Positions 1 to 8,500 of a DNA stretch of 30,140 nucleotides are shown here, in pieces. The notes below the pieces were generated by a model. The model was given only the letters and a program-made list of their open reading frames with translations. It did no database searches and was not told the origin of the DNA. Within the stretch, counting starts at the first letter, position 1. Each line of letters starts with the position of its first letter. This DNA comes from a virus (lineage: Duplodnaviria > Caudoviricetes). The DNA lies in the IMG/VR virus record IMGVR_UViG_3300025132_000193, positions 1 to 30,140 of that record, one strand, 5' to 3'. The translations under genes and the position numbers were made by a program.

Positions 1-1983
1 CGCCGATATTGCATCCGAATCGGCATAGGCAGTAGCACTTGAGGCAATACCGTTCAACTTACTGTGGTCTGCGTCTGTAAATACATTTGAATCAGTAGCC
101 GCTTCAACAGCCGCTCGGATTTCAGCATCGGTTTGGTCTGCGGTTGCACTCGCTTCAATACCATCTAATTTGTTTTTGAGTGTAGTAGTGAAGTTCTTTT
201 GAGTAAGCCCGCCATCTCCAACTGTATATTCCGTGTTGGTGTCTGTTGCACTAATTGTACCATCAACCGCAATAGCCACATTGGTTCCTGCTGTTAGAGC
301 GGCGACAACATTCGCTGTGTCTGTTACATCCGCTGATGCCTCAATACCATTCAATTTTGTATGGTCGCTGTCTGTGAAGACATTGGAATCAGTAGCCGCT
401 TCAACTGCGGCACGAATCTCAGCATTAGATTGGTCACCAGTTGCCCCTGTTTCAATGCCTGTTAATTTGTTTCGTTCAGCAGTAGTAATGATAGAACCAC
501 TGCCTACAGCACTCACATCAGTAAGTTCAGTTACACTATCGGTGGCATGTATTACCTTCTTATCAGTACCAGCGTCGTCAGTGAAATACAGTCTGTTTGG
601 TGCATCACTCTTGACCCACAGCAAACCTTTACCTGCGGCTGTGGTGTGACCTGTGGCCGCAACATTCGCCTTCTCGTCAATAACAAGTCCCGGCGGGTCG
701 ATTAAACCTGTTACTGTGAGTTTACCATCAACGACCAATTCGGGTGTACCGCTGTTCCAACTAAGTTTGGTGTCGCTGGTGAACCCACCACCACCATCGG
801 AGAGTTGTAAGAGTCCATTTGCTCCGTGACCATTAGGAGAAACCGCCCCGCTTGCAAGCATGACATTTTTCCAAGCACTACCAGTATAAACAAAGAAGCC
901 CGATTCTTTACCTTTCAACACCATGCCTATTCCAGCGTTGTCGAAAGTGATGGCGTTAGTATCGTGAGCCGCATCGTTTGTTACATAAACGGTATGACCA
1001 GCAGGGAATGTTCCAGTAGGGTTAAATTGCACTGCTGTTGAAGGGTTGAGAACAAAGACTTGTCCTTCATTGAAGGTGAATGTACTGGTACCGCTTGGAG
1101 AGGCTGTAACATAGCCTGTAGGACCAAGAACATGAGTATGGCGTGTACCACCCGAATCCTTTGCCGAGTAATACAATACAGCGTCACCGTCAGTATTGTA
1201 TGATTGCCATAGAGCACCAAAGCGACTTGCGGTTAAATCACCAGTATCTTGATTGTAAGCATCAAGAGCAGTGTGTGATGCAACTGCTGTAGTAGCACCT
1301 ACTACACCGCTGGTTACTGGTGACATGTACATCGGGGTTGGGCGTACAAACACACGCTTGTCATTGCTCTCAGTGATTGACAAATTGAGGTCACCACCCG
1401 ATGCTGAATACACAGCACGAACAACAGCGAGCACGACACTTTGCTTCACATCAAGCCCACTTGATTTTGGATTACTGAGGAAAGCAGAAGGTGTGGTAGG
1501 ATATGTGTTCGATGCAGTGGTGACTGGTGTGCCCATTTCCCATGTGATACATTGGTTCGTTGTGTCACTCGAAATGTACACAACAATCAATACTTCTTGG
1601 CCGCTACTAAGAGCACTGTATGTAGCACGCTTGTGTGCGCTACCTGTGGTGAATGCAACATCCTGTGATGAGCCGGGACCACCGGCAAACTTGTACAACA
1701 CACCGTCAAGCACTGCGTGACCGCCTACAATGCGTATAGTGTGAGTGTTGGTTACCTGCTCACAGACACCGGGTAAATCTTCGGGATTGTCACGAATGCT
1801 CGCTGTACCTGCTGTGTCTTCTTCCAACATAATACCGTTACCATGCACACCCTCAAGCATGTTAGTGAGCGAAGGGCTGGTGATGTGTTCACCATCTTCT
1901 AAACTGTCTGTGAAGACCCCGCTACCAGTCATTGCCGATGCGTGATTTGCCGCTGTGTGTCCCGATAATGGATTGCCTGTCAT
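1..1983 (-). CDS. Tail fibre / receptor-binding protein, 3' end outside the window (at least 661 aa; absent from the ORF track)
   Basis: ATG at 1983 overlaps the upstream stop (ATGA). My manual translation, MTGNPLSGHTAANHASAMTGSGVFTDSLEDGEHITSPSL..., stays open to base 1. It is Thr/Gly/Ser/Ala-rich with KLxGIExxAxxDQxxAEIRAAVEAATDSNVFTDxDHxKLNGI fibre-type repeats and lies last in the tail module. Confidence 0.85.
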   Translation of the reverse strand, partial: MTGNPLSGHTAANHASAMTGSGVFTDSLEDGEHITSPSLTNMLEGVHGNGIMLEEDTAGTASIRDNPEDLPGVCEQVTNTHTIRIVGGHAVLDGVLYKFAGGPGSSQDVAFTTGSAHKRATYSALSSGQEVLIVVYISSDTTNQCITWEMGTPVTTASNTYPTTPSAFLSNPKSSGLDVKQSVVLAVVRAVYSASGGDLNLSITESNDKRVFVRPTPMYMSPVTSGVVGATTAVASHTALDAYNQDTGDLTASRFGALWQSYNTDGDAVLYYSAKDSGGTRHTHVLGPTGYVTASPSGTSTFTFNEGQVFVLNPSTAVQFNPTGTFPAGHTVYVTNDAAHDTNAITFDNAGIGMVLKGKESGFFVYTGSAWKNVMLASGAVSPNGHGANGLLQLSDGGGGFTSDTKLSWNSGTPELVVDGKLTVTGLIDPPGLVIDEKANVAATGHTTAAGKGLLWVKSDAPNRLYFTDDAGTDKKVIHATDSVTELTDVSAVGSGSIITTAERNKLTGIETGATGDQSNAEIRAAVEAATDSNVFTDSDHTKLNGIEASADVTDTANVVAALTAGTNVAIAVDGTISATDTNTEYTVGDGGLTQKNFTTTLKNKLDGIEASATADQTDAEIRAAVEAATDSNVFTDADHSKLNGIASSATAYADSDAISA
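46..468 (-). repeat. Two 42-aa repeats in the tail fibre (343..468 and 46..171)
   Basis: KLTGIETGATGDQSNAEIRAAVEAATDSNVFTDSDHTKLNGI versus KLDGIEASATADQTDAEIRAAVEAATDSNVFTDADHSKLNGI: 34/42 identical, 297 nt apart, with many synonymous differences. Confidence 0.9.
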
Positions 1984-2768
1984 TGCCCTCTCCCCAATTG
2001 TTCTAACATGTTATTGTATTGTTGTGGGTTTTCTCCAAACCCTTCATGCTGAAATAATTTAGTTTGCTGTGGGTCTTGGTTTAATGAATTAAGATAAGCG
2101 AGTGTGTCCCTTGTCGTGGTATAATCACCCATACCTTCCTTCCATTCCCTTGCATTACCACTGTCTTCCCACGCATCAAATTGAGGTCTGTATTCCTTAA
2201 CTCGTTGTGCAAGTTCCGCTAATTCATCGGCAGGTACATTATTGAAATTATCTTTTATGTTAGACATAACTGTACCTTGTTGGAAATCAAGTGGCTTTCC
2301 GTATTGTCCGATTTTATGGCCTCTAAAAGTACGGAAAGAGGGGTCAAACACCTTTAGCCTACCGTCTTGCATACCAACATTTTCACCCTTAGTATCCGCT
2401 AAACCGAGCATTTGCATCAATGGAAGTTCCTTTATTCTTTGAACATCCATTTCATTTTGCATATTACCATAGTCACCTCGGCCTCTTCTTCCAAACACTT
2501 CATCCATTTGGCGTTGCTCAACTCCACCGCCCGATACAGGTGTTTCGGGTACTATGTCTTCACCCATATCAGCAAGAGCCTGTGATAAAGCAAGCGTAGC
2601 AAAGCGATTTGCAAACGGGTGTAGTTGGTATTTGTGTTCCGGCGAACCAAAAAATCTTGGAACTTTAGTCACAGGTTTTCTTTTATCATCGGGTATAGTG
2701 GCTTCCCGATAATACCCTCGTTCCTTTCGCTCTTTAAGAACAAGCCAAGCATCATCCATAATGCTCAT
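1980..2768 (-). CDS. Accessory protein with a minimal protein-kinase-like fold and an N-terminal AWxxLK leader (262 aa)
   Basis: Kinase-like motifs occur in the right order: GYYREA (Gly-loop remnant), PVTKVP (beta3 Lys), ADTKGENVG (DxKxxN catalytic loop), GRLKVFDP (DFG-equivalent Asp). It starts at a TAATG overlap after GAGGTGG. The CDS is confident; the kinase call is moderate. Confidence 0.65.
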   Translation of the reverse strand: MSIMDDAWLVLKERKERGYYREATIPDDKRKPVTKVPRFFGSPEHKYQLHPFANRFATLALSQALADMGEDIVPETPVSGGGVEQRQMDEVFGRRGRGDYGNMQNEMDVQRIKELPLMQMLGLADTKGENVGMQDGRLKVFDPSFRTFRGHKIGQYGKPLDFQQGTVMSNIKDNFNNVPADELAELAQRVKEYRPQFDAWEDSGNAREWKEGMGDYTTTRDTLAYLNSLNQDPQQTKLFQHEGFGENPQQYNNMLEQLGRGQ

Positions 2769-3094
2769 TATGCCACCTCAATTGCGATTTGAATTTTTAA
2801 TTCATTTGCTGTTGATTTAGTAATTGGTGTGATGGTGTATCGACCCACTGGTGTAAAATCGGTACTGTCACGAAATTGAATGTACACTTCTTTTATTTGC
2901 TCAGTAAATGAAGTATCATATGGAAGTTTTGCTTCTACCAATAAAGATGTATCATCAACAATCGTCACTGTGGGTGTGAGCATGATGGCAGGTCTACCAG
3001 CAGAACCATCATCAGCGGTTGCTGGCGTGCCATCAAAACCTAAGATTACCTCGTTGATGTTGCTTGCAAGGGTATCAAGCAAAAGACGACGCAT
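2768..3094 (-). CDS. Small baseplate / fibre-attachment protein (108 aa; may start at ATT 3112)
   Basis: Beta-rich pattern (EVILGFDGTPAT...IKEVYIQF...GRYTITPITKSTANELKIQIAIEV) reminiscent of tail-fibre N-terminal/collar attachment domains. It lies between the hub and fibre genes. Confidence 0.6.
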   Translation of the reverse strand: MRRLLLDTLASNINEVILGFDGTPATADDGSAGRPAIMLTPTVTIVDDTSLLVEAKLPYDTSFTEQIKEVYIQFRDSTDFTPVGRYTITPITKSTANELKIQIAIEVA

Positions 3095-3101
3095 ATAATC
3101 A

Positions 3102-4517
3102 CTAACTGGAATATATATTCCTCCTTGTTCTTGTCTTGTTCACACCAATAGGTAGTCCGTTTCCACCAATAAGTCCACGATTGTGTGTTCCCTTCACTCC
3201 ACCGATGAGGTATGCTGTATTAAATACCCCTCTTTCTGTTACCGCTGATACGATTCTTAATTCTACTTTACCAAACATTGCTAAGTTTTGCTCAACAACT
3301 TGTACATAGGTAGCAGGATTATTCTCGTTAGCACCTACTGTTGTCCCTTCGGAAATACCCTGCAATACCCCTTCAATACCACTTTCAAAGTTCATCATGG
3401 TAAGGTCACTCATATTCCGCATAGGCATGTGTTTAACCTCAGTGACTACCTTGTTGACCCCATCATACTTTACTGTCATACCGGGGCGCAGTGTAAGTAA
3501 GTTCATGTGACCTGCACTTGAGAGGCTACCACGAACAAGTGAGCGTGATTTAAGCATCTGTCGTGCTACACGCCGAGCGGCGTTGGTGGTACGAACTGTA
3601 TTGTCTACCACAGGCGCAGTGTCTTCTCGCACCTCTTCGACCTGCCCTTCAACATCGTCTACAGTTACAATAACCAAGTCGTTAAGAGCCAATGGATGAC
3701 CTTGTACGGTTACACGGTTTGAAATGTTTTCAATTGGATTGTCTTGTTTTGGACCGAAGCGGAAGTTTTTGTCTACAGTGTAGGTTGCTTCACTAAAAGT
3801 AATGGGTATATACAATAAATTGCCGAAGCGGTCGAGTAAGAGCATACGACTGTCATGACGACCTAAGAAGCGAAGGGCAGTCATAAGATTCATGTTGTTG
3901 AAATCTTGACCAATAAAGCGTGTGCTGTGTTTGCGTGCAGAAGATGATGTGACACTCTTTGGGCGTGAGATGTTTACACTTGTAGCACCACTGTTAATTG
4001 ATTCCCCAAGTCGAATAGCCAAGTCAGTGCTACGCAATCCTACATCGACTGGTTGGCCGAGTTTGACTGTACGCCCTGTAAACCCTATACCATCCAGCGT
4101 CTTACCCTTCATGTTGCGTAGGTTCATCAACACACCAAATGACGATGATTCGATATTGTGAGGTAACAACCGTTGTGCTGATGCGTCAGCGTTGTAGATG
4201 AGCATAGGATTGTTGGTGCTGGAAATTAAATCATCAGCAAAGAAAGGGGCAGAATTGAGCGAGTGGCCGGGGGTGTTGTTATGCGACAACTGGATGTACG
4301 ATTCACCCTCAAGGATGCGATAGTTGCGTTGCGGCATCACTTGTAAATTACGAGTGTTTTTCTTTTCAACTGTGACCTTAGCCTTGTTTGCTTTCTGTAC
4401 GCTAATGCGACCATGATGGATGGCGTTGTCCACGAACACAGGCTTACGCACATGTGCCATTACTTCATCAGCATCTATACTGTACCGACCAGTCCTTGTA
4501 TTCTTGATTACCGGCAT
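3102..4517 (-). CDS. Baseplate hub / tail-tip protein (P2 gpD / Mu gp44 / T4 gp27-like fold), 471 aa
   Basis: Motifs LMTALRFLGRHDSRMLLLDRFGNLLYIP, NRVTVQG and AARRVARQMLK...LRPGMTVKY...VTEVKH fit the hub-family pattern, and the position in the tail module agrees. Confidence 0.65.
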   Translation of the reverse strand: MPVIKNTRTGRYSIDADEVMAHVRKPVFVDNAIHHGRISVQKANKAKVTVEKKNTRNLQVMPQRNYRILEGESYIQLSHNNTPGHSLNSAPFFADDLISSTNNPMLIYNADASAQRLLPHNIESSSFGVLMNLRNMKGKTLDGIGFTGRTVKLGQPVDVGLRSTDLAIRLGESINSGATSVNISRPKSVTSSSARKHSTRFIGQDFNNMNLMTALRFLGRHDSRMLLLDRFGNLLYIPITFSEATYTVDKNFRFGPKQDNPIENISNRVTVQGHPLALNDLVIVTVDDVEGQVEEVREDTAPVVDNTVRTTNAARRVARQMLKSRSLVRGSLSSAGHMNLLTLRPGMTVKYDGVNKVVTEVKHMPMRNMSDLTMMNFESGIEGVLQGISEGTTVGANENNPATYVQVVEQNLAMFGKVELRIVSAVTERGVFNTAYLIGGVKGTHNRGLIGGNGLPIGVNKTRTRRNIYSS

Positions 4518-4531
4518 ATCAAGCCCTAAGA

Positions 4532-5167
4532 TTACGAATTGGGAGTGTATGGTACTCGTTGTCCCATTGATTGGTCACGAGGTGGTTGGTTGGGTGGTGC
4601 CGTACGAAAATGGCTTCTCATGTTACCCATTGCTACTTCGGGTTCTTGATGACCATGATATTCTTGACCCTCATGCCTATATGCGTCCCATTGAGGATGC
4701 CATGTAGTAGGCGTGTCAACTTGTTGCCTAAATCTAAACGCTTCATTGCCATACACCGGTGAACGGTTGTCGTCTTGACTTGTATATGGTGCAGGGTACC
4801 CTTCTTCATCCGTTGGATAACCCTGTTTAGTTGCAGTAGGCACATCCCTAATTCTATATTTATTCTTTAGTGAATCTTCATACAACTCATAAGGGAATTT
4901 TTTTGGGTCTAACTCGTACCCTTTCGCGTCTGTTGGTTCGGGAATTATCTTTCCTTTACCTTGTTCATAAGGATTTCTTCTGTTTAGCATACCTACGATT
5001 GCAGGGTGCATCGTTTTCAATCTTTTTTGAGTCCTGAATTGGGATGGTGCTACTTGGTAGCCACCTTGATTTGTAAAAGCCGGGTTCGGGTCTATTGTTT
5101 CGGTATAAAGTGAATCTTCGGGAAAACCCTTCAATAGTTTCCATGCTTGTTCAAACGGTTTATTCAT
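4532..5167 (-). CDS. Accessory hypothetical protein with an N-terminal AWxxLK leader (211 aa), Pro/Gln/Tyr-rich, probably largely disordered
   Basis: I moved the start from 5179 to ATG 5167 because it overlaps the upstream TAA (TAATG) and follows AGGTGG. The protein begins MNKPFEQAWKLLKG. I recognise no domain. Confidence 0.7.
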   Translation of the reverse strand: MNKPFEQAWKLLKGFPEDSLYTETIDPNPAFTNQGGYQVAPSQFRTQKRLKTMHPAIVGMLNRRNPYEQGKGKIIPEPTDAKGYELDPKKFPYELYEDSLKNKYRIRDVPTATKQGYPTDEEGYPAPYTSQDDNRSPVYGNEAFRFRQQVDTPTTWHPQWDAYRHEGQEYHGHQEPEVAMGNMRSHFRTAPPNQPPRDQSMGQRVPYTPNS

Positions 5168-5502
5168 TAACAATTCCACCTTTTTAGTGATGCGCCTTTA
5201 GGGGTAAGTTTACCCTTCTTGCTGGTTGCTCCTTTCATGCCACTCATTCGAGCACAAAAAGACTTTCGCCTCTTAGCCTTTTTCGAGCCGGGTTTAAGTT
5301 TGCTTGGTTTAGTCGTCACAGGGGGTTTGAGGTTTGCCCCGCTCTTACGCTTGGCGGCGGCACGGCCTTTAGCATTCAATCCACCTTTTTTGCTGTGCTT
5401 GTTTGGGTTGTAGCCGTGGAATGGTTTTTCTTTTTTGGCTTTCAGTACAGCGAAAGCAAGGTCAGCAGGTGAGCAACAATCACAAAAATCAAAGTTCGTC
5501 AT
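5167..5502 (-). CDS. Small, very basic Lys/Arg-rich protein (GGLNxKGR...RRKSFCARM...WNC family, DUF6321-like from memory), 111 aa
   Basis: ATGA overlap with the giant gene's stop, preceded by GGTGATGGAG. Motifs GGLNAKGR, RRKSFCARMSGMKG and RWNC resemble a family I recall from marine phages. The N-terminus contains AFAVLK. Confidence 0.8.
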   Translation of the reverse strand: MTNFDFCDCCSPADLAFAVLKAKKEKPFHGYNPNKHSKKGGLNAKGRAAAKRKSGANLKPPVTTKPSKLKPGSKKAKRRKSFCARMSGMKGATSKKGKLTPKGASLKRWNC

Positions 5503-8500
5503 GCTCCATCACCCGTGTGGTCCGTTGAATTGTAGTTTACATCTCCTTTATGTCCTTTTGGATGAAGAGATTGAGAGAAGCGTGGCTGGACGCTGTAATC
5601 CATCCTTTCTTCCTTTGTTTCGCCATCTTTATGCGTACGCCTACGAGGTGCATCAGCGCGATAGTGCTGTAGTGTATTTTCACTCATTACAACACGAGTC
5701 ACTTCGTTGTCCAATTTTGTCGAGTCGAATCCACTGGCACTTGTTCCGATAATCTTTGGTCCTTTACTTACAGGTGTGGCATCATTACTGGATATATCCA
5801 TAACATACAGCGGGGCATATGGTGGGTTACTGTCGGGGTTTGTAGCACGAATGTAATTTCCACTTGCCGCTCGACCGTTAAGAATTTCGTAAATGTACAT
5901 ACCGTATTTACCTCCGCCAGTAGCGGAGAAGTAATTACTACCAAATTGCGGGCTTGAAGAGTGAAGATTGTTGTTAGGACGGAACATCTCAATGTGTTGT
6001 TTATCGAGTAAACGAATAGGGCGCATCATGTATGTTACACTCTTATCAGTAAGATTTGTTTGTTGTGATGATGCGTCGAATGTACTCGTTTCGTATGGAT
6101 TAGATGTTTTGTTAGAGCCGGTGATACCACCCCAATCTTTGTCGTTAATTGGTTTGACAAAGTTACGAGATTCAGCAACATATGTACCACCAAGTGGACT
6201 GAAATTAGAAGTGTGACTAAGGCGCATTGCACCACCTTGAGGTTGTCCAGCGAAGTTAATTCCTGTTAAGTCGTAATGACCGATGGTTTGTGAACCTGCT
6301 TGCATACCACCTTGTAGTACCACACGCTGTCCTACACCACGGTCAGTGTGGAGACTGTGAGCCTCAGTGTTGATGGCGATAAGGTTGTCATCTACTCCTT
6401 CTATGTTTTCAGTATCGAGTCCAATACGGGGGCTACTACGACTCACTGCGTCTTTGTGTGGTGAGTCACCGCTTACTGTTTCAACACGGTCACTTACCAC
6501 CGCTTCGGGTTTGAGCAATCCATCTTCGGCAATGTTGAGGCGTGCACTGATACCACGAGGTACTTCATCGGGTTGTAGCACATCATTGCGTGCTCGGATG
6601 AAGCCATCATTCATGTTAGGCTCGGAGGTATGATGTGAAAGAACAACACCAGTAGCGTGATACGGCTCGTCAAGTGCTGTAAGTACATCTTCATTGAATG
6701 CTGTTGGGTATCGTAGACCACGCCCATGCCCATCATCACCAACTCGGTGAGCGTTGGTAGGGAAGTACACATCGACTAACTCATTAGCATTGTTTGTGTT
6801 TACATCATTCTTACGACCACCAAAGCGTGGAATGGTGGAATACGGCGAACCGGTTAAATTACCACTTGAGCCAGCAACCACCAATCCTTTCATGTTTACA
6901 ACCGGCTTACCGCCGTTGAATAGACGCTGATATGGTGTAGCGTCGTTTGTTCTATCGTATTCATACACATCTGCCGCATCCCAAGCAGGTCGAATACCGA
7001 AGCCACGAACAGGATGGCGGCGAACTTCTTCTCCACGAGTATTACCCCACCAATCTACCAAATAATATCCCACCGCTTCATCAATTTTAGCGATGTTTTT
7101 GGGATTTATGTCACCCCACCAATCACGAAGTACAGTTTCTTTGTTGCGTAGTGTACGCACAGGGCAACCAAATGGTCGTGCAACACGCATACCGTCGCTA
7201 TATCGCACTTGGAACTCCGGTTTATCCACTCCAAGCATACCACTGAAATTAGTTTGCCGCTCCATAATACCAATTTGAGTATTAGGGTATGTACCGTTAG
7301 TAAGACCACTACCACCAGCGTATGTCCATGTTTCAGTTTCACCTTGTACCAATGGTCCGTGTGGATAACCACTGCTAATGTCAGTTACAGTTGTTCCACC
7401 AAGTACCGCTTGTTCACGGAATGCACGCATACCATACAACGACCACTGTGGTTTGTTGTATGGTTGGCGCAAGCCAATACGATACCCAAACGGACGGGTG
7501 CGTGTAGGATTACTAATCCCGTCATAGGATGTTTTGGTAATACCGTTAGTTACAACATAAGAGCCATCATCATCAGCATCAGTCCAAACAGGTCCATCAA
7601 AGGTATATTCTCTTGGATAATCCCATGCGGCGGATACATATCCGTACCCGTCAAGGCGACTAACCAACGGCCCGCCACGACTACCACACGGCCAAAAGTG
7701 ATTGAGCATGGCTTTTGTAGACGCATCTCCACTGTCCCATTGACCACCTTGAGGGGCGAAACTACGCACACCCACAGCATGAACGGTATCTAATTGTTGA
7801 GCAGTATCCATCCCACCTGTACCACTTGATTTGATAGTCGAACCGATGGCAATAGGATTCACTATGTCCTGTGATACATTTAAGACGCCACTAAAGATAT
7901 TGTCACCCGTAACATTAAATGTTATTCCGTTCACTGATATATTGTATCCAAGAAGCGAAGCAGTACGCCGAGTTGTAGTGATGGTTTTTGCAACCGGGTC
8001 AACTGCTGTCACGGTAGCCGCCACATCTGTACCTACAGTAGCATGTGCAATTACATCAAACGGAGGTGATGGGGTCTTTCGGTGGAAAGCAAATGGACCC
8101 ATGCTGGCATAATATGTAGCATCGTGGTAGTGAACAGTTTCAAAGTGTTCGGGCATACTGTTAAGTGGTTTTTGTGCTACTGCCCTGTCCAATAGTGGAT
8201 TTAACCATGTGCGACTGGAATCCGAATAGAAAGTGTGCGGGCGACCAAGATTTGGATGCCATAGGCAAAGGAACGCATCGGCCATGTGTAGGCTATTTGT
8301 ATCACGACTTCCTTGCAACATTTGTGGTAAAATTCGAGTAACCATACTCGACAAGGAATCAGTGAAGATAGCACCTGCGGGACGGAAATCATACGCACGG
8401 GTAAGGCGCAATTTTGTACCTACTTCTATATTGTCGGTGAAATCAGCATTTGCAACAACGGTGAATTGTTTTGGCTTATTCATGTTGGTTGAGTCGTACC

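Noticed and set aside
46-468. Fibre repeats as a diversity-generating retroelement TR/VR pair or a CRISPR-like array
   Set aside because: Both copies are in frame within one CDS, the differences are largely synonymous and not adenine-specific, there is no spacer structure, and no reverse transcriptase or cas gene is present in the window.
5168-5179. ORF-track start at 5179 (MELL...) for the 215-aa gene
   Set aside because: That GTG lies within the AGGTGG RBS. ATG 5167 has proper spacing and a TAATG overlap, and it places the AWxxLK motif at a position comparable to the kinase gene.
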